Part shown: piece by piece, positions 9,480 to 19,752 of the stretch | Position numbering within the stretch: position 1 is the stretch's first letter | Layout of the letters: every line of letters starts with the position of its first letter | Assembly: GCA_965219395.1 (NCBI GenBank) | Contig: CBDCNN010000002.1 | Span: forward strand, 2,247,547-2,311,546 | Length of the DNA stretch: 64,000 nt | Origin: Dehalococcoidia bacterium | Lineage (GTDB): Bacteria > Chloroflexota > Dehalococcoidia > Lucifugimonadales > UBA3495 | Direction: 5' to 3' | Translations under genes and position numbers: made by a program | The notes under the pieces: generated by a model | Databases searched by the model: none | What the model was told of the DNA's origin: nothing | The model's input: only the letters and a program-made list of their open reading frames with translations

Positions 9480-9850
9480 TTTCGCTGAACGTCAACAACT
9501 GGGGCGGCAAAATGGTGGACCACCAGCATGGTGGCAGTTGGCTGGGCAGGGAGAGTTGGAGACAGGATCGGAGGATGTGAGCCGGCTGGGTTGTTGAGCT
9601 GGTTGGGCCTCGACCGGGTCGTCCGGAGCTTGGGGCACGGTATTCCCGCGGCTTCGCTTCAGCCGGTAGCTCTCGCCGTTCATCTCCAGTACGTGGACAT
9701 GGTGGGTGAGCCGGTCCAGCAGCGCCCGGTGAGACACTCCGAGCCAAAGACTTCCGTTGCCCCACTTTGCTGCCGCCACTGACACCTACGTCAGGTGCCT
9801 CCTCGTACAACGGCTCCAGCATGTCCAGCATGCCAGGGACCACCACGTGG
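9480..9850 (-). pseudogene. istB: IS21-family right-end remnant including IstB C-terminal fragment
   Basis: Minus-strand translation ...ALLDRLTHHVHVLEMNGESYRLKRSRGNTVPQAPDDP.... 9480-9600 is homologous to 17640-17760 (terminal repeat region GTCCACCATT..GCCGCCCCAGT). Confidence 0.55.
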
Positions 9851-10059
9851 TGGTAGTGGAGATGATGGCGATGCCAGGGGCCCTGGAGGTCCCTTCTACC
9901 ATCCGCTCAACTTTGCCGTCGAGGGTCAGAATTCCTGGAGTCTCGCCGCCCTCGACCTGTTCTTTATCGGCCTGCTAAGCCACAGTCCGAGCTGAACCCC
10001 GTTTTGCCGGCTGCACAAGGGCGGGCAACAGTCGAAAAGGCGACACCGTTCAGGTCGTG

Positions 10060-10529
10060 CTACAGACGCTCCAGTAACTTTGCAATCTGATCGGTGTGGT
10101 TCATGTCGGGTTCCCACTCGCAGATCACATTGTGTTCGTCGATGACAACTGCGGGCCTGCGCAACCTTTCCCGTCTGACGGGTCTTTGACGTACCTCTCT
10201 CCATCGAGAGCGGACATGCCTAGCTCAATGCCTACACGTCGATCAGGGTCGTTCAGGACCGCGAACGGAAGCTGCTCTTTCTCGACCCACTGGCGTGCGG
10301 CATCCAAGCTTCCGTCATGGATTCCGAACAGCACGACGTTCTTCTCTGTGAACTCGGCAGCATGCTCTCGGTACCCAAGAGCCATGCGGGTTCAATTACC
10401 ACCGCCCGGACTCGTGAAGAAGTACAGGAGGACCTTTTGTCCGCGAAGACTGCTAAGGGATACCGTCTGTCCATCGCTGGACTGAAGTGTGAAATCGGAA
10501 ACCGTCTTCCCGATGTAAGTTTCCATCAT
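10060..10529 (-). pseudogene. peroxiredoxin-like (AhpC/TSA-redoxin fold) gene with in-frame TGA at the active-site Cys position (possible selenoprotein) and a 3' frameshift
   Basis: M(M)ETYIGKTVSDFTLQSSDGQTVSLSSLRGQKVLLYFFTSPGGGN-TGA(10392-10394)-TRMALGYREHAAEFTEKNVVLFGIHDGSLDAARQWVEKEQLPFAVLNDPDRRVG.... The C-terminal RRPAVVIDEHNVICEWEPDMNHTDQIAKLLERL* is in another frame (shift within about 10165-10200). Hairpin at 10360-10387 lies just 3' of the TGA. Confidence 0.6.
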
Positions 10530-10723
10530 TCCCTTCCTTTCCGGGGAGACTTAATAGAACCTACCCACGCATGATATTGGGCTGCTGGCTCAATCCGAGC
10601 TTGGCCTCGGTGAGGTCCGTGACGCAGAGGGTCGGCGCAAGTTACGAGGAGGCGGTCCGTACCCGGGAAGCATCAGACCACCCCGCCATGCTCCGTGCCG
10701 GGGCTGCAATTTTCACTGAAGCC

Positions 10724-11284
10724 CTATCCGTCCACCTGTTGGATGGTCCAGCGGCTGACCTCCAGGCGCTTGGCCAGTTCCCGCTGGCTCACTCCCCTCG
10801 ACCGCTCCTCCCGGATGTACTCCCGCTGCTGTCCGGTCAGGCTGGGCCGTCTTCCAGGGAAGCGGCCTTCCGTCCGTGCCTTGGCCTGGCCGGCGACGGA
10901 GCGCTCCCTGATCGAATTCCGCCACCACTCTCTGAAGGCAAGCACCATCTGGAACTGCAGCTTCCCGTTGGCCGTGGCCGTGTCGAAGTCCTCCGACAGG
11001 GACCGGAACTCCACTCCTGCATGGTGCAGGCCTTCGATCACCTGCAGCCCGTAGGTCAGCCCCCTGGAGAGCCGGTCAATATGGGTGACCACCAGGGTGT
11101 CCCCCTCGGCCACCAGATCCAGCAGTTCCAGGAGGCCGCTGCGGTCGTCCTTGGCCCCGCTGGCCTCCTCGGCCCGGATGTTGCCCATGGCGCAGCCGGC
11201 GTGGACCAGCCGCTCCACCTGCAGGTCCAGATTCTTGTCCTCGGGCTCTCTGACCGAGACCCTGGCGTAACCGTACAGCGTCAT
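10724..11284 (-). CDS. serine recombinase (resolvase/invertase family)
   Basis: MTLYGYARVSVREPEDKNLDLQVERL...GDTLVVTHIDRLSRG...; C-terminal HTH ...GVSQRELAKRLEVSRWTIQQV. Confidence 0.85.
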   Translation of the reverse strand: MTLYGYARVSVREPEDKNLDLQVERLVHAGCAMGNIRAEEASGAKDDRSGLLELLDLVAEGDTLVVTHIDRLSRGLTYGLQVIEGLHHAGVEFRSLSEDFDTATANGKLQFQMVLAFREWWRNSIRERSVAGQAKARTEGRFPGRRPSLTGQQREYIREERSRGVSQRELAKRLEVSRWTIQQVDG

Positions 11285-11533
11285 CCCACCTCACCTCTGG
11301 CTGGAATACCTGAAGTATCGCATTCTGCCAAAGGCGTTGCAACTGGGTTTTCCAGCCACCCGCTCAGCTACAAGCTGGGGGCATTTACAGCCGGTGCGGT
11401 GTGGGTCGACTTGCCAGACCCGGCCACCAAGCGGTCGGGACGAATGACCTTGAGGGCAAAAGCAGATGAGGCCGGCCGCTCTGCATGCATGCCCGAAATC
11501 TCCTCCTTGATTTGCCGTTGTAATATTGGGGAA

Positions 11534-11851
11534 ATGCCTACAAGAGTCCCGGTCAAATGCGCCATTGCCGGTTGTCACCGCCGGCTGAAGATGACCCTCG
11601 CTGAACGCGAGGAACTGAGGCGGGTGGGACGCGAGAACAGCGCCACGGCGGGCGTCGTATGCCCGGCCCACGTAAAGGCCGCCTTCAATTTCGAATTCGA
11701 CGATATCGACATTGATGTTCCGCTAGAGGAACTCCTGGTCGAGGCGTCCAAGGAAACTCCCCGTCGGCGTGTGATGTTGACCCCGCTGGCTGGGGCGGCG
11801 GGTGAAACGGACAGCCAATCCACGCCAGGACGGGGAGACAGGGTTATCTAG
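11534..11851 (+). CDS. hypothetical small Cys/His-containing protein (weak call)
   Basis: Internal ATG of the 426-aa plus-strand ORF, beyond the part antisense to the recombinase. MPTRVPVKCAIAGCHRRL...VVCPAH... with an acidic tail. Confidence 0.3.
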   Translation: MPTRVPVKCAIAGCHRRLKMTLAEREELRRVGRENSATAGVVCPAHVKAAFNFEFDDIDIDVPLEELLVEASKETPRRRVMLTPLAGAAGETDSQSTPGRGDRVI

Positions 11852-12001
11852 TCCAGAGGCGCTGGCCCGCAGCTCCCGGGAGATGTCAGGCAGTTTCAGA
11901 GTGCAGTAACTGGCCGGTCTGGCCGGTTCCGTAGCAGCATCCGGCGGGAGGGTTTCTTTTGGCTATAATCCAGGCAACCTCCGGAACAGGAGCCCTCAAT
12001 T

Positions 12002-12163
12002 ATGGCCACGCCCCCCGGATCCGTTGAAATCTACTGCCTGAAGTGCAAGGCCAAGACCGGCTCACGGGATGTTTCAGCTACGGCAATCATGTACGAATCC
12101 GCCCGGTCAGGAATGGTTCGCGCCAGTGACTTTGACTTTTTCCATCAGATAAGGAAAGACTGA
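12002..12163 (+). CDS. small zinc-ribbon-like ORF, probably a 5' gene fragment fused to IS3 debris
   Basis: AGGAG about 11 nt upstream of the ATG and TATAAT at 11963-11968. MATPPGSVEIYCLKCKAKTGSRDV..., then sequence that on the opposite strand reads as IS3 OrfB. Confidence 0.3.
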   Translation: MATPPGSVEIYCLKCKAKTGSRDVSATAIMYESARSGMVRASDFDFFHQIRKD

Positions 12164-12800
12164 TTGCCCCGGCGCTGGCCGGCTGGTGCGCGGTCGATGG
12201 TAGATGGCCCGCAGCCCCATGATGCGCATCAGCCGCTACACCCGCTTCCGGCTCACATATTTTCTCTGTCGCCTCAGCCAGGCTTTCATCCGCCTCGACC
12301 CGTAGAAGAGACCCTCCAATACTGCCGGTTCATGGCCTGCTCGAGGGACAAGTCGTCGTACGAGGCTCCTTGGGGCCGGTAGTACAGGCTGGTCCGACTC
12401 ACTTCCAGCAAGGCACATTGGCGGGCGATGGACAACGACCAGTGCTCCCGGTCCACCAGCTGACGCCGCTGCGCCAAGCTCATGGACCGGACCTCTCTGC
12501 CAAGAAATCCCGCTCCACCTTCAGCCTCCTGATCTCCTGGTACAGGCGGGTGATCAGGGCGGGATCACTTTTCGATTTCTGCTCCTGACCCTTGTTGAAA
12601 ACTGCGGAGGCACCTTCGGTGATGGCCTTTTGCCAGGCCTGAATCTGGCTGGGATGGACCTGGTACCGGGCGACCATCTACTCGCCCTTCACTGCCTCCA
12701 AGGCGACCTTAGCTTTGAAAGCCGGGCTGTGCTTTCTTCGCTCTCTGGACTTTTCCCGCTCCTCCTCGACAGCAGTCGCTGCCCTCAGTTTAGGAGCAGC
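12070..12800 (-). mobile_element. IS3-family remnant (OrfA with in-frame TAG, 5' part of OrfB with frameshifts, 3' truncated)
   Basis: RRKHSPAFKAKVALEAVKGE*MVARYQVHPSQIQAWQKAITEGASAVF...LYQEIRRLKVERDFL. Then ...LSIARQCALLEVSRTSLYYRP..., FYGSRRMKAWLRRQRKYVSRKRV, LMRIMGLRAIYHRP in shifting frames. Confidence 0.65.
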
Positions 12801-13208
12801 ATTCCCACTTAGCTACCTGTCCAGTTTTCCGGGTCCACCTCATATAGCAAGCATTTTCGGTTTGTTTCCCCGACAATTTCTGGCGGGAACACCGCCAAGT
12901 CACAAAATTCAAGACGTCTGGCAGTCGAGTTCTTCGGTTGTCGGTAGCACTTTGGACCCTGATTAGGCTCAAAAAGTTCAAATGCGATAGCCCTGTGTAT
13001 CTAATGAGATTATTGGACAATATGAGCCACCCATGTTAGTTTTGTCCGAACTTTCAATGTGGTTGCGTTCAACCACGTAACGCTCAATCCGCCGCAGCCT
13101 TGCGCCCAGGCCTGAGGTGATTTGGTTCCGGGACGGCCAAGGCAGACAGGAATCGAGAAAAAGGTTGGGAAACAAAACAGAGAATTAAACCTATTCAGGA
13201 AGGATTGT

Positions 13209-15023
13209 ATGACCAATAAACCTCTTGGTCTCATCTTAAGAGCAGTTATCCTCTCTACCGTATTGATGTTAGTGTGGGCAGCCGCTTGCGGAGAGGAAAG
13301 TGCGCCCGCTGCAACCGAGGCGGCTACGGCGGCACCCGGCACTACCTCTGCTCCCGCCCCAACAGCCGTGCCGGCTGCTACAGAGCCGACACCAACGGCG
13401 CGGCCCGCCCGGGCCACCGCAACCCCGGTGCCAGCAGGTGTTCCGACACCTACTCCCCTGCCGATGGTGACCAGCACTACCAATCGGCTAGTCGCTTCCT
13501 TGGGCACTCTATTTGTAGAGACCAATATACCCTGGGGATTCTGCATGCTGCAGATGAGCAAACGTCCGGCCTATGAAAATCTGATTGGCGTCGACCGGTT
13601 CAACGGGGCTTTGATTCCGGAGCTGTCAACGGAATGGTCGTTGAGCGATGACGGTATGGCGTGGAGCTTCAGGTTGCGCGAGGGCATACCATTTCACCAC
13701 GGCTATGGAGAATTCACCGCAGAAGACGTGAAGCACCAAGTGGCCATGGTAACCCAAGAGGGGTCCGAATCCTGTGAGGCCAATCCATACCGGGAAACAA
13801 TTGACAACGTTGAAGTGGTTGACGACTACAACGTGATTTTTCATCAGAAGAAGCCGGATAGTTTCACCGTCGAGTTCTACAATTTCGGGGGCCACGGCAC
13901 TTCCGCCGCGATGAGCAAGAAACAGTACGACGAGGGAGGCGAAGAAGCCTACAACAATCAGATCGTGTCAACCGGACCCTACCAGTACGTCTCTAGGAAC
14001 TTGGGCGAATCGATCTTGTACGAGCGGATACCGGACCACTGGCGCAAGACCCCGGATTTCGAGGAACTGCAAATGTTCTTCGTTGCCGAGGAGGCCACCC
14101 GCCTGGCCGCGCTCTTGGCCGATGAAGCCCATATAGTAGTCTTGCCACAGGACCTGCAGGATACTGCGGCAGCACAGGGGTTTGTCCCTCAGTTGAGCAG
14201 TCTTCCAGCGGTGGGGTACAGCTTCTTCTTCGGCGGGCAGTACTACGGCATGACCAACGATGAAGGCCAGGACATCCAGGGCACTGACCCTTGGGTCGGT
14301 CTTAACGACAATGCCCGCAAGGTGCGGCAAGCCATGAACATGGCCATCAACAAAGAGGAATTGCACAGGGAGATTTTTCAGGGACGGGGAGAGAGGCAAT
14401 GGGTTTATGGTTACCACGGCTCGCTGCTGGGCTGGAACCCGGAATGGGAGGAAAAGGGACCTGAACTGTACAACTATAACCCGGAGCGGGCCAAGGAGCT
14501 GATGATAGAAGCTGGATATGAAGACGGCTTCGAGTTGATTTCCATCCTGATCCCTCACGACTTGGTGTCAGAGCAGATTCAGATTATCGAGCTGATCGCG
14601 CTATATTTGGAAGAGATTGGAATCAAGACCGAGTTCCAGCAACTCGATATCGGAAACTGGGTTCCGATGTTCCGTAACCGCGAGACCGTAGGCAACATCC
14701 ACCCCAATTCAGGGTCATACCGGGATCCACAGTTCACCATCTCTTCCTACAACACCAACTGGAGCATCGTGGCCTCATTTGTTACTCCTTTCATTGACCA
14801 AAAATGGGAGGAACTGACACAGGCCACCAGCCCGGCAGACCGGGACCGCGTGATGAGAGACATCGGCAATCAGATGTTCGACGAGTTTGCCTCGATGCCA
14901 CTGTTCTGGTTCCCGGCAGTGGTCATGCTGAATCCGGACGTGGTGGCCGAATATGCTTTCCCCGGGAACCGGAGGGAGATATACAGCCACATGGAGTTCG
15001 CGAAAGCAGCCGACACCCAGTGA
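13209..15023 (+). CDS. ABC transporter substrate-binding lipoprotein, family 5 (peptide/nickel/opine type)
   Basis: AGGAAGGA RBS before ATG 13209. Lipobox ...LVWAAAC. Ala/Pro/Thr linker, then a typical SBP_bac_5-like body. The ORF-track start 13122 lies upstream of the signal peptide. Confidence 0.85.
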   Translation: MTNKPLGLILRAVILSTVLMLVWAAACGEESAPAATEAATAAPGTTSAPAPTAVPAATEPTPTARPARATATPVPAGVPTPTPLPMVTSTTNRLVASLGTLFVETNIPWGFCMLQMSKRPAYENLIGVDRFNGALIPELSTEWSLSDDGMAWSFRLREGIPFHHGYGEFTAEDVKHQVAMVTQEGSESCEANPYRETIDNVEVVDDYNVIFHQKKPDSFTVEFYNFGGHGTSAAMSKKQYDEGGEEAYNNQIVSTGPYQYVSRNLGESILYERIPDHWRKTPDFEELQMFFVAEEATRLAALLADEAHIVVLPQDLQDTAAAQGFVPQLSSLPAVGYSFFFGGQYYGMTNDEGQDIQGTDPWVGLNDNARKVRQAMNMAINKEELHREIFQGRGERQWVYGYHGSLLGWNPEWEEKGPELYNYNPERAKELMIEAGYEDGFELISILIPHDLVSEQIQIIELIALYLEEIGIKTEFQQLDIGNWVPMFRNRETVGNIHPNSGSYRDPQFTISSYNTNWSIVASFVTPFIDQKWEELTQATSPADRDRVMRDIGNQMFDEFASMPLFWFPAVVMLNPDVVAEYAFPGNRREIYSHMEFAKAADTQ

Positions 15024-15108
15024 CCTCCGCCCCAATCGCAAAACATCCCAAGCTGGAAATGTGGACTAAGGTTAGTCCACATTTCTATTCCGGGCGAGGC
15101 ACGCAAGA

Positions 15109-16029
15109 ATGCAGAGATTCATTCTGGTAAGGTTGTTCCATACCGTGATTACCCTTTGGGTAATCACGATGGTCGTATTTGTCTTAGTTCGTTTCAGTGG
15201 CAGTCCAGTGGACGCGTTGGCGCCAGCAGAGGGAAGGGTCGAGGACCTGATAGCCTTGGAAGAATACTGGGGCCTGAACAAGCCTTTACCCATTCAATAC
15301 TTCGATTACATGGGAAAAATTTTTCGAGGCGAGTTGGGCGACTCTTACAAATGGCGTGGAACAACGGTAGCGGAATTGATCGCAACACGACTTCCCGCAA
15401 CTGCTCAGCTAGCCGGTGTTGCACTGCTGATCAGCATCGTTATCGCGGTTCCTATGGGGGTCTTCGCCGCCATCAACCGCGATTCCTTCCTGGACAGTGG
15501 GGGCAAAGGATTCGCCATGATTGGCCAGGCGGTGCCTCCTTTCTGGCTGGGAATAATCATCATTTGGATATTCGCGGTCAACTTGGATTGGGTTCCCACT
15601 TCTGGCAGGGGAGGCATCAGCCATATCATCCTCCCGGCGATTACCATGGGCTGGTTCCAGGTGGCGGCCATCATGCGCCTAGTCCGGTCGTCCATGCTGG
15701 ATACACTGGACAGCGAATATGTAAATATGGCCAGGGTAAAGGGCATACCTGAGTGGAAGGTGGTCTGGAAGCATTGTTTGAGAAATGCCGCGGTCGCCCC
15801 GCTTACCTATTTCGGTGTGATCTCCGCCGCCATCCTGGTGGGCTCTATAACCACGGAGACGGTTTTTGCCTGGCCCGGATTGGGGCGGCTAGTTTTGGAA
15901 GCGACACTGAGTCGCGATTACGCAGTGGTACAGGCAGTGGTGTTGCTGTTCGCCGGTATGTACATCATGGGCAATCTGATTGTTGACATTCTGTACGCCT
16001 ATCTGGACCCCCGGATAAGGTTCAATTGA
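15109..16029 (+). CDS. ABC transporter permease (DppB/OppB-like)
   Basis: MQRFILVRLFHTVITLWVITMVVFVL... and the characteristic ...DYVNMARVKGIPEWKVVWKHCLRNA... EAA loop region. Confidence 0.9.
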   Translation: MQRFILVRLFHTVITLWVITMVVFVLVRFSGSPVDALAPAEGRVEDLIALEEYWGLNKPLPIQYFDYMGKIFRGELGDSYKWRGTTVAELIATRLPATAQLAGVALLISIVIAVPMGVFAAINRDSFLDSGGKGFAMIGQAVPPFWLGIIIIWIFAVNLDWVPTSGRGGISHIILPAITMGWFQVAAIMRLVRSSMLDTLDSEYVNMARVKGIPEWKVVWKHCLRNAAVAPLTYFGVISAAILVGSITTETVFAWPGLGRLVLEATLSRDYAVVQAVVLLFAGMYIMGNLIVDILYAYLDPRIRFN

Positions 16030-16154
16030 CCACTGGTTTTGGGCCCCATTTGATAGCCACAGCAACTTCAAACCGAATCGTGTCCCGCATCTGGTCATAG
16101 GTCTGCTATTGCTCGCAGTCCGCTATACGTCAGATTGGGCAGGGCTATAGGCTT

Positions 16155-17039
16155 ATGGAAGGCACATTTGAGCGTTCCCCTTTACGACGGTTGGCGGCCA
16201 CAGCCGTGGAGGTGCGTCGATACCCGTTATTACCCATTGCGGTATTGCTGGTCTTTTTGGTACTCCCTGGAATCTTCGCTAACCAGGCAGCTCCCCACCC
16301 TCCAACCAGCGGCAGCGCAAGCAACCGCCTCGTCCCTCCAGTGTGGCTTGAGGGGGGTTCTTGGACCCATCCATTGGGCACCGACAAGATAGGGCGCGAC
16401 ATCCTGAGCCGAATAATCCACGGAGCTCGCATTTCGTTGGTAGTCGCGCTGGTGTCCATTGCAATCGGCGCCACGGTCGGTGTAACTCTGGGGCTGATAG
16501 CCGGATATTTTGGCGGGAATGTTGATCATCTCATTATGAGGCTGGTCGATTTTACCCTAGCGCTACCGTCCATTCTTCTTGCTTTGGTGCTGGCTACGGT
16601 AATGAGTCCGGGGTTTTCCAGCGTCGTAATAATAATCGCACTGGTTATCTGGGCTCGTTATGCGCGCATGGTTCGGGCTGAGACCTTGGCGATCAAGGAG
16701 TTGGACTTTATCGACCGGGCCAGGGTCGCCGGTAACTCCGACTTGCGCATCATGTTCCGCCATGTCTTTCCCAACGTAGTCAATAGCCTGATAGTGCTAG
16801 CAACTCTGGAGGTCGGGCAGGTCATCATTTTCGAAGCGTCCCTCAGCTTCCTTGGAGTGGGAATTCCGCCACCCAGTCCGGCGTGGGGACTGATGGTCGC
16901 GGACGGGCGGGTCCTCGTGATAACGGCTTGGTGGGTTTCCTTCTTCCCTGGTTTGGCCATCTTGCTAACCGTGTTATCCATGAATCTGCTGGGTGACTGG
17001 GTGAGGGACAAGCTGGATCCCAGGCTTAGAAACGTGTAG
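16155..17039 (+). CDS. ABC transporter permease (DppC/OppC-like)
   Basis: ...[24 protein letters not shown]..., ...[26 protein letters not shown].... Confidence 0.9.
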   Translation: MEGTFERSPLRRLAATAVEVRRYPLLPIAVLLVFLVLPGIFANQAAPHPPTSGSASNRLVPPVWLEGGSWTHPLGTDKIGRDILSRIIHGARISLVVALVSIAIGATVGVTLGLIAGYFGGNVDHLIMRLVDFTLALPSILLALVLATVMSPGFSSVVIIIALVIWARYARMVRAETLAIKELDFIDRARVAGNSDLRIMFRHVFPNVVNSLIVLATLEVGQVIIFEASLSFLGVGIPPPSPAWGLMVADGRVLVITAWWVSFFPGLAILLTVLSMNLLGDWVRDKLDPRLRNV

Positions 17040-17216
17040 TAGGGTCGGCTGCGCGACCTGTCCAACTCCTGAAAACCGATCCAGCAAGCCTCAGAGGTGA
17101 CATCTTGCCTTGCGTCGATGTCCTGCGAAAAACGGCTGTCTATAATGCGCATTGCCTCATCAAAAATATTACTCAACTAAAGTAGTTGCCTCAACCCAAA
17201 GCAATCGTCTGGAATG

Positions 17217-18074
<858 letters not shown>

Positions 18075-18452
18075 TTACAACCGCGGCCACTACTTCTCGA
18101 TGGCTTGCGGGGGAATCGAAAGACTTTGGACGGCCTTGTGGAGCTGCCGTCCGGTGTGGCAATAGGGCCCCCAGCGGTCCCTGGAGATACATATCCGGCC
18201 TTGTTCGAAATTGCCCTCATGTTCGCCGCGGCCTTGGGCTATGCCAGAAGGTCTGAATCTGGTTCGCACAACGCCCCATATGCCCAAGACTATCTCAGTG
18301 CGTTGAACACCCAGCCTCTTGAGGATCCGCGGCTATTACCTTGATTGCAGACACCTACGGCTACGCCCGCGTCAGCAAGGCCGACGGCGAGTCCAAGAAT
18401 GCCGTCACGTATTTCCGAAACGCGGCTGTCGCACTCCTTCGGTTCCGGACCC

Positions 18453-19259
18453 TCATTGGCTGCCGGAAAGTGCGTCCAGCTTCTCGGTCCGTACCTCCAT
18501 AAACCTCGGATATAGCGCCGGGCCAAATTGGTTGAATATCGCCACATCGGCCGCATCGCGCCCATAACCGATGACAACCCGCCCTCCTCGGGGAGCGTTC
18601 TGTGTTGCGTCGAAGGTGTACCAGCGGCCACCCACATACGCCTCGAACCAAGCATGGAAATCCATAGGCTCAAGTCCGTGCAGATAGCCCACAACCATAC
18701 GTGCCGGGATACAGAGAGACCGGCATAGCGCGATGCACAAATGCGCGAGTTCGCGGCAAACGCCCTCGCCCTGCTGGTTGACCTCGACCGCCGACATCTG
18801 AAAATTGCTGGATGTTGGATCGTAGCGCACCGAGGTGCGAACCCACTCTTCGATTCTAGCTACCTGATCGTATCCCGGCTTGATCCCGTCTACGAGGTTC
18901 CTGCCGAGGTCAATAAACCTGTCGGATTCGCAATAACGGCTGGGATGGAGGTAGGTCAGAAGTGTGTCCGGAAGGTCCTGCACCTCAACAAAAGGCGCCC
19001 CAGGCAACACGTCAATGTCATCCAATGTAAGGACGTCGGAAGATGAACGGATGGAGAACTCCCCCGGTGGAGCGATCAGTCGCCTGGACAGATTGCCGTA
19101 GCTGTCCAGATACTCTACTACCGGGACCCTCGGCCGCAATGTGAAAGTTTCATCCACCACCCGCTGATGTGCTCCGCTTTGCGGACGAAGCATTAGTACC
19201 AAGGGCGTAGGGATGCTGACATCAAAAGTAATTTCGCAACCAGTCTGGAGCCACACCAT
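18453..19259 (-). CDS. transglutaminase-like family protein (Cys protease fold)
   Basis: N-terminal Bact_transglu_N-like region, then ...NQQGEGVCRELAHLCIALCRSLCIPARMVVGYL...HAWFEAYVGGRWYTFDAT (Cys-His-Asp arrangement). Confidence 0.8.
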   Translation of the reverse strand: MVWLQTGCEITFDVSIPTPLVLMLRPQSGAHQRVVDETFTLRPRVPVVEYLDSYGNLSRRLIAPPGEFSIRSSSDVLTLDDIDVLPGAPFVEVQDLPDTLLTYLHPSRYCESDRFIDLGRNLVDGIKPGYDQVARIEEWVRTSVRYDPTSSNFQMSAVEVNQQGEGVCRELAHLCIALCRSLCIPARMVVGYLHGLEPMDFHAWFEAYVGGRWYTFDATQNAPRGGRVVIGYGRDAADVAIFNQFGPALYPRFMEVRTEKLDALSGSQ

Positions 19260-19364
19260 GATTTCCCCTTCCGCGTTGAACGGTTGAACGCACGTTAGGT
19301 TGAACGCACGTTAGCAAGTAGCTGTTCCTGAGTTTAACGGGAGTTTATGGCAATGGGTGCGCAA

Positions 19365-19500
19365 TCGTCCGGAGAATCAGCGGCGGGAACCGCTGGGAAC
19401 GAGGCAGCGACAACAAAGTGACCTTGGCGTCCATCTTCGGCGCGTGGCGAGCCTTACCATATCCGCCCGGCCTCTTCGTCCTCAGGAGGCTATGAGCCCC
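19365..19500 (+). pseudogene. IS66-family transposase, C-terminal remnant
   Basis: Hand translation AIVRRISGGNRWERGSDNKVTLASIFGAWRAL... parallels the C-terminus of the intact copy (VVSRKISGGTRSERGTDTKMTLASLFGTWRAQ). Confidence 0.5.
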
Positions 19501-19752
19501 AATTGCAACGGTAGATGCACCTGTCAAAGCAAAATCCCGGCCAGTAGGCTCACGGGGGGAGTTTGACGGGTTTCGCCTGACCTGGCTCAGCGCGAAAGTG
19601 ACGGCCGCGTTGACTATGCCTCTGGCAGGGGTTTGGTATTGCTCGACAGGTCCCCCGCCGCGCTCCTGAGAATTTTGTGCCGGCTGCTACCTCGGTTCGC
19701 ACAAGGCCCCGTTATGGTATGTCTGCAACGGTCTTGGGAATCGCACATCAAC

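Noticed and set aside
10571-11851. 426-aa plus-strand ORF
   Set aside because: Most of it is antisense to the clearly recognisable serine recombinase (10724-11284), and its translation is Pro/Gly/Arg-rich with no motifs. Only the distal part (11534-11851) was kept, as a weak call.
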